Shown here: positions 26,948 to 38,189 of the stretch, piece by piece
Layout of the letters: each line of letters starts with the position of its first letter
How positions within the stretch are numbered: the stretch's first letter is position 1
From: Utricularia gibba
Lineage: Eukaryota; Plantae; Magnoliophyta
Length of the DNA stretch: 64,000 bases
Direction: 5' to 3'
NCBI GenBank assembly: GCA_002189035.1
Contig: CM007989.1
Location: 7,812,001 to 7,876,000 of the forward strand
The notes under the pieces: generated by a model
Seen by the model: only the letters and a program-made list of their open reading frames with translations
The model's database searches: none
Told to the model about the DNA's origin: nothing
Program-made: the position numbers and the translations under genes

Positions 26948-29113
26948 ATGGCGACTCTCAATAATTTCCAGCTCCTCGCCGCCCATTGCACCGTCTCCGG
27001 AAGCCCTACAAGGAGCCCAGCCACCGGCGCCGTCATCAATCTCCGCGGCGGGAAGACTCTGCGGGTGATATTTCGCGGAGTCCCAACCGCCTCCTCGCCG
27101 GAGGCGACCAAGAAAGTTACAATTTCTCAAGCTTCTGGACTCAAGAGCGACAGCTACAAAATGCAGATCCCGTTCGAGTTGAAGGAAGGGCAATTCCGCC
27201 GCTTCCACAGGCTTTCCTCTGGTTTGAACATGGAATTTATATTCCAGAAGGGCCAGCAAAATGGAAACTTGGAGCAATCCCAGAAATCACCCTTAGTATT
27301 TGTCCATGGGAGTTTTCATGCCGCATGGTGTTGGGCTGAGAACTGGTTGCCCTTCTTTTCTGAAAATGGGTTTGATTGCTACGCCCTAAGCTTGCTTGGA
27401 CAGGTGAGCCGGTATTTCTCTTTCGGTCGCCAAATTGAGATGCTTTTTAGATACAAAACTCAGAAGCCAATACCACCTATTCACGTTCAATTTCGACATC
27501 TGCAGCATTCCCCATTGGAATGAATTGGGGGTTAAGTTATGTAGCAGTAGCTGATTCATTCACATTGTTAAATTTGATAATGGGGAGGTTTTCTGTGTCA
27601 CTGGATTTGGTCGTAATTCTATTCATTTTTGTCTTTCTCAGGGAGAAAGTGATTCTCCAGAGGCTTCAGTTGCGGGCACGCTCCAGGTAATTTTTCTTTA
27701 TGTAATGTTCTAAAAAAATCATTCTTGCATGCACAATGAATCCTGACAACTATAAACATGTGCAGTAGACACATGCAGCTGACGTTGCTAACTTCATTGA
27801 AAAGGAGATTAAGTTTCCACCAGTGTTGTTCGGGCATTCTTTTGGTGGCCTGATTGTTCAGTACTACCTTTCAAATCTCCGGCACAACTATGAAGGTGAG
27901 TAGCTACATAACGCAGGTTCTAATGCATGGTTTTAAAATGGAGAGGTCTTAGTAAATTGGTAGTACAGAACGCATATGGCTCACCCTGCTTTTCTGGTCA
28001 AAGGGAAATTCCTTTTTTTTTTTTTTTTGGTTTTTTGCTTGTTGAGGTCTGAAACATAAAAATAAGTTGCTTAGAGCGGAACAGAACGTCATACCAGTAT
28101 CCCTGGTTAAGCATTCCTTCTTTACTCTGGCTGATGTATACCTCTTCTCATTAACATCATGCTATCGTGCTGAACTTCAGACAAGGGAAGCATTTGCTCA
28201 CACCCACGTCTTGCTGGAGGTGTTCTTGTTTGCTCTGTACCTCCTTCAGGGAATAGGTGACTCCCATTCTATCAGACTGTTTTGTTTCAACTTTTCTTGC
28301 AGAAATTTAACTTGCGTTTTTTCCCCATGTCAAATAGTGGTCTTGTTTGGCGATACTTGTTTTCTAAACCTATTGCTGCATTCAAGGTACTTGCAGTCTA
28401 TCCGAACCAGTAAAGCAGTCAGCTTGTTCTTCTTCATTTAACAGTTTTGAAACAAATGCAAAGCAGGTAACCCGCAGCTTGGCAGCCAAAGCTTTCCAAA
28501 CGTCCCTACCCCTTTGCAAGGAGACCTTTTTCTCATCAGCTATGGAGGATCATCTCGTGGTTCGGTTAGTACACAATTACTTTAGAGGGGTTTTTATATA
28601 TCAATAGTGCTCCTGGCTTCGATGAAAATGTTTGGCTATATTCTTGCATTATGCCTACATGCTTTCAAGGGGAAACAAGAATCCGCTCATAGTTTGTGCA
28701 TAATTGGCATATTTTGGTATAAAGATTGTTATTTTCCTGAGCCAATCAGCTGGGAACTCTGTTCCAGGTACCAAAAGCTCATGACAGAGAGTTCAAGGAT
28801 GCCATTGTTTGACCTTCGGAAGCTCAACACCTCCCTCCCAGTTCCTGCCATGAAAGATCCATGTGTCAAAATCCTTGTAGTGGGGGCGGAAAACGACTTC
28901 ATAGTGGTAAGTGAACTCCTGTTTCATCCTCAATGAACACTCTCAGCAATGGATGTTGTGCAGGACGCGGAGGGTCTCCAGGAAACTGCCAGGTTCTACA
29001 ATGTATCACCTCTCTGCATTGAAGGTGTAGCTCATGACATAATGCTGGACTGCTCGTGGGCGCGAGGGGCAGAAGCGATCCTCTCCTGGCTTCACTCTTT
29101 GAGCACTGAGTAA
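26948..29113 (+). CDS. Alpha/beta-hydrolase fold serine hydrolase with probable organellar transit peptide
   Basis: Exons 26948-27403, 27642-27686, 27769-27895, 28181-28256, 28338-28386, 28467-28564, 28768-28906, 28964-29113. Oxyanion-hole region VFVHGSFHAAWCWAENWLPFF, nucleophile elbow GHSFGG, acid in GAENDFIV and His in GVAHDIMLD. S/T/A/R-rich N-terminus. Confidence 0.92.
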
Positions 29114-30772
29114 ACAAGCCCATCGGAGATTATCTCAGGCAACTTTGAAAAAAAAAATGCTTCTTTTGTTTTTAGGACAACAGAGACGACCCAACTGTGT
29201 AATAAATGGATCGGGCAAACTGGGGCAGTTGCCAGTTATGAGCTCTAGGGTTCCATGGGTTTCAGGGAGCTGTCTTTTTTAGCGCCGCAGCGATCGCCTT
29301 CCACGAAGAAGATGAAGGCGATGTCTGTCTTCTTGATTCCGGCATTGTTTTGTCACAACTCCCAAACCGCAGCATCAGTGACACCAAATCGCAAAAAAAA
29401 GGGGTTTCAGTGAGCAGCAAAAGGATGGGTAGCTTTCTTCACAGTAATTCGCTTTTACCGTGAACGATCCACCTGCCGTTGATGCTGTCTGTCACACCAA
29501 GATTTTACCATTTCCGGTCGACGCTCATTGACTGGCGATGCGCGAAGATGGCGGCAGTGCCATTGCGCCTGGGCCACTCCCAATGCAATGTCACAGCGCT
29601 GTCAAAACTTTGTCTAGTTATTTTTGAGGATGGGTTGTCCGTATTCGTGTCGGAATTCACGTGTGTGGTGTCGTGTCTCTGTTGCAAAACTCAGATCTGT
29701 CGTCGGAGATGACCGGATTCACGTCACTGATGCCTGACGCGCCGTCGGAGTTGAATAATCAACCTGACCGAACAGTGGGGCCCGGGTGGTAAGGCCAGTT
29801 CATTAAAATAGCGTGTATTTAAATTAATGTATATGTATATAATTAAAAATTGTTTAATGTATACATTTTAAAAATATATTGAAAATACTATCATTTTTTA
29901 AAATTAACTACCTATTATTTTTTATATGATATTGTTCTTTTATTACACTTAATTATCACGATTTTATGATATATTTTTTTGAAAAAAAATACTTTATATA
30001 AGATTAATGAAATATCTATTTAATAACATTTACTTATTCATATGTAACTAATGTGGGATACCGTCTAAGGTTTCTTATCTTAAGCACTCAAGGTACTCAC
30101 TGAATGTCCTCATCTTACCATTGGCACGAACATAAATTTTACTCTAATACTAAATGTAATGATTCAAACTTTTTTTGCACAATATTGTTCGTTTCGAAAA
30201 CTCAACTCTCATGTATACGTGAAATAAAAATCTAGTAAATAGTACTCTGAGATATACTATGCAAATACTTCATAAATATTAGAAAACATGTTTATCATGA
30301 TAAGTTTGAACAATTAATATTAGACTTAACTTATGATTTAAAGATTTGGATCATTATGAATTATCAATAATTGAAAAATATCGACTATTATATAAATGGA
30401 TAAATATGGTGATGTGACATGTTAGATGAGAGGGAGAGAATTGGGTATTTATGTGACACCTGATAAGTATCGCAATCACATGTTATTCATGTCAATGAAA
30501 TTTATGTAGACCATCCAATTTCTCTTTGAATTTAAAAATGACATCTACTTATTTGGAAGCATAAATAAATATATTAAATTCGATCTGAATCGATGATACA
30601 TTCTTACTATATATTTTGATATTTTTTTTAAAAAAAAGGCTTATATTTTATGTAATAATTCATTTAATTAGGGATTTATTGTTATTTGGAGCAAAAGGCG
30701 CGTACAATGACTGGCTGGAGTGATATTGGAGGCAACAACAATCAGGGTCATCGGCGTCCGTACAATCGTAAC

Positions 30773-32327
30773 CTAGAGCTTGACGACTTCCGGGATGACG
30801 ACGGGATACTTGTGGATGCAGTCGCTCCAGGGGCCGTCGACGGGGGGTTCGATGACGCGGTTGCATCTCAGGACGGCGCTGTTGCACTTGAAGCCGCCGC
30901 CGAACCCGATTTGCCAGATCCTGTCACCCTTCTTCATCCTCCCTTTCGCCTCGACGTAGGCAAGCGCGTACCAGACGGAGGAGGAGGACGTGTTGCCGAA
31001 CCGGTGGAGCATCATGCGCGACGGCTCCACGTGCTCCGGCGTGAGGCGGAGCTTCTTCTCTATCTCATCGATCACGGCCCGGCCGCCGGCGTGGATCAGG
31101 AAATGGTCGAATGCCTGCTTGAAGTCCGGGATGTACGGTCTCCACTTCGGATTGATTATCTTCCTTCCTATTAATGTCAACACAAACAAGAGCTGCTCCG
31201 ACGCAGGCAGAACCAGCGGCCCCACTGTCGCGATGTTGGTTTTCAATGCTTTCCCTGCAACATGCATCACCTGCCTTGACAGGTTTACCCCAACTTGGCC
31301 TTCTGAGTCCTCCTCCTGAAACAGGCATCTGTAACACGCATCGTCTGCACCTGTTAATCCAACGAAGTTCAATCCATTAGTAGGTATAACGACGATATGG
31401 GCTTGTTTTCTTGATATATGGGGTACCTTTATGGGTTCGGACGATGTGGAGGAGCTGGTATTTGGCACGGTGGCGATCGCGGAGCTTGTTGGAGAGGAGC
31501 ATGGCGGCGCCGCCGACGCGAAATAAGCAGTTGGCGAGAAGCATGGGTCGGAATGTGCCCATGTAGTTATTGGGAGTGACGATTTCCGTACTCACGACCA
31601 GAGCATACGAATTGGGATGCGCTTGAAGGCAGTCACGAGCCAGGTCAAAGGAGATCACGCCGGCGCTACACCCCATCCCTGAAAGGTTGAAGCTTTTGAT
31701 ATTACTCCTGAGCTTGAACTTATTCACGATCATGGCGGAAAGTGACGGCGTCGGGGAAAACAGGCTGCAATTCACCACCAGAATGTCGATGTCCCTGGGC
31801 TTAAGCCCCGTCTTCTTCAACAGATCATCGATGCAGGTGAACATCACCAGTTCGGCCTCCTCTCGGGCATTCTCCATCGTTGGCTTTGGGGGAATGTAAT
31901 GAACCGCCGGCGGCAAAAACGTTTCGTCCCCGAGTCCCGATCTTTCCAGAATCTTCTTCATGAAATCGACGCTCTCCGGGCTATCCTTAAAAGTATAGTG
32001 CGCATGCTCTATGAACGCCGCGAAAGGCGCCCGGAAGCTGATCGGTGGCTTGAAACAAGCGTAATCCACCACATAAATAGACCGCGGCCTGGAAAGGAAA
32101 TACACAGTAGCCACGAAGACAACAGCGAAAACAGAGCACAGAACATGAGTGGACTCGAAGTCCAGAGACTCCCAGACTCCAATTATCTCCGCCGCGCCGA
32201 GGCTGTGGAGCCTCACGCCGGCGGCAGCCACCATCGCCACCAGCGTGAGGACGATGAAGTTATCGACCAGACTCTGGTAACATGCCCTGAGGTACTTATG
32301 CTCCATTATCCCCGAGGCGGGCGGCAT
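30773..32327 (-). CDS. KCS6: 3-ketoacyl-CoA synthase, divergent KCS5/KCS6 (CER6/CUT1)-like
   Basis: Exons 32327-31427 and 31350-30773 (76-nt intron). Catalytic motifs [19 protein letters not shown] and [10 protein letters not shown] are intact; the C-terminus [21 protein letters not shown] matches KCS5/6. Confidence 0.93.
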
Positions 32328-34281
32328 TCTCTTCTCCTCCTTCCTGGCGAGATGCAGCACCGGAGGAGGAAGGAGATTTAAAGACGGAAACTCAGGACAG
32401 CATCCTGGCGCATTGAATGCCGATGGGGCGAGACTTCAAATCCCATCCACACAGCATTCAGCTGGTTTAAAGACTGAAACTCAGAAGCTGAAGCACAACG
32501 CGCGTCCAGACAGCAAGGGCTCCATCGAAGACATTATTACCAAGCCCAATAGAACACAAACAACGACAGAGATTTGGAAATTTCATTATGTTCAAATGTG
32601 AAAAAACTGAACAATTTAATCGCATGAATAATGTAATGAATTAGACATTATTACTATTAACACAAACAATGAAAATATTGAAAAGTAAAGTGATATGATT
32701 AACTATATATGATATTATGAATCATTAGTAATAATTTGAACTTAATACTTTTAAATATAATATATGTTTTTTTATGTACTTAGTATTTATGCACGTACTT
32801 TTGAGACATAATTATATATCTTAATTAATATTTTTAAATCATGACTTCAACTGGGGTTTAGATCTAACTCAATTTAAACTCATTATTAAATAGAAAATTG
32901 AATTCAGTATATTTAAACAATAATTTTTATTGAACATGCTTTAATTCATTATAAAAGGGTTCAATTCAAATCCATGATTAAAATGAAGAGTAGGTTCAAT
33001 CCAACACATTTTTAAAACCTAGACTTGGAAATTTACCCTAAAAAATATGTTTGATATATTTTATCTAAATTTCTACTCAAATACAAATTTGGTATCCAAA
33101 TATGAACATTTACCCCTCAAAAGTTCTTAAATTACACACTCACCCCCCCCCCCCCCCCAAATGTCCATTCAGTAGTGCTGCAACCCCAACTAGAGTATAT
33201 TCAATTTTATATTAATAAACATTATTTTTAAAAAAAATAATAAATGCTGCACTTGGAAAGAATAACAAGACAAAACTCTTTTTATAAAGTTAATAATTAC
33301 TACTCCATTATTTATTTTCAATTATAATTGCAACTTGTACAAGGCTGACATGGCAGAGAAAAGAAAAGAAAAAACTTACTACAAAGCTGCCCACCAATTT
33401 ATACCTATTTTACATTTTAGTCCCTGTACTATAGGTGTACAATAGTACCAAACTCCAAACATGAATCAAATTTAATCAATAGTTTTGGTTCCATTCTTTA
33501 AAATTTGGATCCCGAAACTCTGGTTTTTTATCCGAAAATCTATAAAAGTTACATTCTAAACACATGAATCTAAAAAATATTTTTTTTCATTCCGAATTCT
33601 AAGTCTTATTCTAATATTTTTTTCATTAATGCATTTTTTCTTCACTATTTCAATTAATTTCTTTAATTTTTTTTTTCCTAAGGTTTCAAATTGTTAGAGT
33701 TTGAATGTATTGTATGGAAAACATTCATGCTTCCATTCTTTTATAACATTGATTCATTATATTAAAGAAGATTAGACCTAAAGTGATTAATTGTGATCTA
33801 TAATTTATTACGTATAACCCTAATTCACTTTCAAATTCTCGATTGTTATAATATGTGGGTCGTCTGCTAGGCGCAGGAGCGAGCCAGAGGCGGAAAGGGC
33901 GATGGGACCGGAAAGGCGGGGAGAGTACATGTGCCTCAGTGGGGAGTGCTGCTGCTGCTGCTCATCATGTGAAAACTTTGATCCAGTTAGCATCGTTGTC
34001 ATGGGCCATGGGTTCAATCCAATTTGGAGTTGCTGTTCTACTGTCTGTTCACCACAGGGAGGCGGCTATGGCGATCGGTCTTAATAGGGGCATTCTGTAC
34101 AGGGATTCTCCTGTGCAGCAACTCTTGAGGTTCCCCGACCGACACTTGTCTGCTGCAAGGGGATTGACGTGGATTCCATCTTATAAAGAAGAGAAGCTTG
34201 CTGCATTTTGATACTCCTTCCTCCAACTCAACAACTCTCCCCTCCCCAGCTTCTTCTGTCTACTTGGGAGGAACCACTCCG

Positions 34282-35006
34282 ATGATTCCTTCTTACGGCT
34301 CCGCTGCGGGAACCGGAGCACGCACGTTTTCGCCTGATAGCTCACTATTCCCTGGTATCGGCACTTCCATTCCTTCCTCAAACAGATGCCCCTATTAGTC
34401 TTAACAGATGAACAGTGCTTTACTTTCCTTTTCGCTGTGTGAAGTTTTTGAGTATGGTCTGAGAGAGGAGCAGGGGCGGCGGAGTAGCTGCACAAACAGG
34501 CGGCTGAGCGAGGAGCAGGCCAACCTGCTGGAACGCTACTTCCTCGAGGACCCAACACTGGAGACAGACAGAAAAGAGAGGTACGCACAGGAACTAGGAT
34601 TACACCCCCGCCAGGTGGCAGTTTGGTTCCAGAACCGGAGGGTTCGATGCCGGAACAAGAAACTGGAGGAGGAGTTCGCCAACCTCCGCGTCCGGCATGA
34701 AACCACCGTCGTAGAGAAATGCCGCCTGGAAATGCAGGTTCCCGTAGGAAAAAAAAATACCTTTTTTTTTCTGAAAGAAAAAGAAAACCAGAACTGCAAA
34801 TCATACTGACGACTTCTTTACAACTCCGGGTACAGATCCTAATGCTGAGGGAGCAACTGCGTGAAGCTGAAAATGAGATCCAAAAGCTTTCAGCATGCGC
34901 CCCATCTCCTCCTCCAATGGAGGAGCTTCGTCTTCTTCAAAGGGGATTTGAGTTTGATGACCATGCTACCCCTGCGGTCGCCTGGGATTCACTGTACTGC
35001 TTGTAG
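34282..35006 (+). CDS. HD-Zip class I transcription factor (ATHB21/40/53 clade)
   Basis: Exons 34282-34354, 34445-34737, 34836-35006. Homeodomain RRLSEEQANLLE...LGLHPRQVAVWFQNRR followed by the zipper HETTVVEKCRLEMQILMLREQLREAENEIQKL, typical of the HB40 clade. The start codon is uncertain. Confidence 0.88.
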
Positions 35007-36126
35007 CTTTTGATGTGCAAATTATTCTTTTCAGTTTTGATGAGCAAGGGTTGTGTTTAATTTACCAGCGAAATTTGAATTAAATATATTTGATCTAATT
35101 TTAATACATACAATTAATTAATCATCTAATCATATCAACTTGAATTATTAAAATATATTGATTTTTCGTATTTAAATTCATTGGTAATTTATAAATTATA
35201 CTTTATCTATTGGTTGTAATAATAAATATTCAAATTATTCGAATCATTTATCATTCATTCGATTCAAAATAAATGACATATTTTCGTGTTTTATACATTA
35301 TTTTATAAATATATTACGAGATGTGCGTTTATTTTTAATTTGCATAAAAATAAATGATTAGGTAGAACTTAGATGTATTTGATAAAAAAAATATAATTTA
35401 AAAAACGATTAATTATATATATTTATATAATGTTTTATAATTAAATTATTAACAATATGATGATAACAATAATATTATACACATAAAGCTGGAGAAAAAC
35501 CTTTTTGTATCAATAAAATTAATATTATCTTTATAATTATAAAAATTATATAATAAATAAGTTAGTTTTTTTTACCATAATTATTATGGAATAGGAAAAA
35601 AATTTTATGCAATATAATATTCATTTTTATTATTGAGTATCCGTACATTCACCAGGTACACCGGAGGCCCGAACCGAACCCGGTTTTCGCCGGCAATGTA
35701 CTGGTGTTTGGTCCTTCCAAGAGGCGCTTTTTCAAGAAGTGCGGTTTTCCGGCATACCCCAAAACCCGAACCTTCGGCGTTATCCGTTTGTTGTTTGGGG
35801 GTTAAATGGGAGTTGGGGGTTCATTGATTGCGTTCAAAAACAGATATTTCCAAGTTTGATTGGCAGTTCTCCTCCGGCTCCACCTCATCGTCCGTTCTCA
35901 TCAGGTTAGGTCAGTTTCAGGCCCCCTTCGATTGTACTTTCTCCCCGTTGATTTGGTCCTTGGACCTCTTTTTCATTTACTTTACCTTTTCTTTTTGAGC
36001 AGAGCTTGGGTCTTTTCGTGTTTTGTCAAGTAGCGAGTCTTGTGTATTCACTGTTCTCTGCGAATGAATTCTCCGCTTCTGTGTTTTTACTGGGTTTCAC
36101 TATTTTAGGAACGAGGGTGATTGCGA

Positions 36127-37246
36127 ATGGAAACTGGAAAAACAAGCGTGCCCGCTAAATCATCTAAACCTCCATCATCACCGCCGGTTAGTGTAATTAA
36201 AATCATTTCTCCGGTGAAGTTGAATGTGGTCGGGGTACAATTGTACTTGATGAAAAGAATGTGCATCTGTATTTGCCTCACAGGAGCCGTCGGTGGCGCC
36301 CAAGACAACTGCATTTCCCGATTTGCTGAACTCTTCTCAGGTTATTCGCGTTCTTGTATTTCCTTTCTGTATGTTGCAGTTAGTTTTTTTTAGTCTTCTT
36401 TTTCTTCATGAAAGTATCACACAGTGACACCATTATTACGCACTAGTAGACTTCCAGTGATGCGGAGCCCGGAGGCACAGCAGTTTCCGTTCTGGCTGAA
36501 AACCTTGATCCTGGAATGAACTCGGGGATTCTTCTCTTGGGTCGGAAGATATGGAGGAGCAGGCAAAACCTCCTCAATCTACTGTTGTTCAATCCAGCAC
36601 TCCAACTGTGAATCCGCAGGTATGTTGTGCGGATTGATTTAGCTTCAGTTTCTGATACGCTGTTCAGGCACCTCAGTTTCTCAACGTAAAGAGGGTGTAT
36701 TGAACGCAAGCACGTCCTTGTATATGCGGCATTGCAGGATGATCGTGAACTGAAACGGCAAAGGAGAAAGCAATCTAACCGTGAGTCTGCTCGGAGATCA
36801 AGGCTAAAGAAGCAGGTAACTGAGGATGTTACAGTTAATTACCAATGGTGATGGTTTTTCCATGGTCTGTGCTTGCAAACTTGACTAGTTGCACAGCAAG
36901 CCTAGAATTTTTGCGGAGAATCGATGACCCTCTTGGTCATTTATCTGTTTAACAATTCCAGGCGGAGTGTGAAGAGCTACAGCAAACAGTGGATGCATTA
37001 ACTAACGAGAATTGCATGCTCCAAGATGAGCTGCGGTCGCTGTGGAAAGAGTGCGAGAAACTCGAATCTGAGAACACCTTTTTGAAGGTCAAGCTTAACC
37101 AGATACCTCCGTCTTCTTCTGTTGTGCTCCATAGCCTGATGGCACTGCGTATGAAACAGGAGGAGCTGACAAGGATTTCCCCCCGGGAAGCGGTTTCTGA
37201 TTCAGACAACAGCCGCTCCCCTTCACCAGCCAATGAAAGTAACTGA
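36127..37246 (+). CDS. G-box binding factor-like group G bZIP (GBF1-like), shortened, with an apparent 1-bp frameshift at 36524-36527
   Basis: Exons 36127-36186, 36284-36340, 36450-36619, 36738-36815, 36962-37087, 37160-37246. Basic region DDRELKRQRRKQSNRESARRSRLKKQ plus zipper AECEELQQTVDALTNEN. The N-terminus (METGKTSVPAKSSKPPSSP|EPS...FPD) and ENLDPGM motif are GBF1-like. Exon 3 is 170 nt, one base short of phase. Confidence 0.8.
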
Positions 37247-37511
37247 CTTTGAAGAAGCAACTTGTTAGGAGAGCACGTCCTCTTGATTGTGGAGCAATGT
37301 TTCAAGGAAATTGGCGTTTTCCACAACGAGAGTCTTGAACCGCCTTTTTGGTGCCAAGCAGCAGCGTGAACTAGAGATACATAGCCAACAAGCAGGCATT
37401 TTCCTGAGCTGTAAATGATCCAGGAACTTGAGTAGTATGGTAACAATGTTGTCTTGTTTTGACCGAGAGATGGGTAAAAGTTTGATCTTTTGAACATCTG
37501 GGATCCGATTC

Positions 37512-38189
37512 GGTATCGCCATTGGACATCAAAGCAGCAGGCCTTCCATGACAACAAAGCGGCATTTCAGCTTGGCGTTTCACTACTTTGGAACCCTCTG
37601 ATCTGCACTTCCCTCAGCAAACAGTTAGCCTGAAAATCAGTAAATTCGTTGGGCTCAGCCCCGCCGCCTGACGGCCCCCATCGTCTCCGTGATCTTCGTG
37701 TACAGTTCATATGTTTCTATTCCTCTCACAAGCATATACCGCCTCTCAGCTCCTGGGAGAATCCGCCGGTAGAATGCTGACACGCCGGCGCATAACCATA
37801 TACCTGAAAATCTCAAAGAAGCCCATAATCCACCCCTGGTATCTCAGGAAAGCAGAAAGCCCCCCTGCAAACTCTGGGAGATTAAGTTAATGGTTCTGCG
37901 GATCAGGCTGAAGATTTTGCAAACAGGGGAATCGTCGCCGATCAACCCCCAGGTCACTGATCGAAGAATCCCAGACCTCCAACTGGGGGATTGATAAGTA
38001 CATGATTATTTTCCAGTTGAAAAATCTCACCGGAATTGTTAGCGACAGGGCTAGGACATCTTCTAAGATCAAGAACAGATTTTGGAAGCAAGTTCCCAAC
38101 GGCGGCGGAGCAACCGTGGTGGTAACTGGAGAACTCAAGCTCCCGCTCTATGCCGCTATGATGTATGTTTTACAAATGGGCATTTTCAT
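37512..38189 (-). pseudogene. Collapsed, frameshifted GRAS-family SCL15/HAM4-like pseudogene
   Basis: Manual translation across frames gives ordered fragments MKMPIC..., PKSVLDLRRCPSP, QLENNHVL, LEVWDSSISDLG, RGGLWASL, GGFSQELR, RGIETYELYTKITETMGAVRRRG and EFTDFQANCLLREVQIRGFQSSERQAEMPLCCHGR with a broken SAW motif. These match recalled SCL15 segments. Only ~0.7 kb is left of a gene normally ~1.5 kb, with several stops and shifts. Confidence 0.82.
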
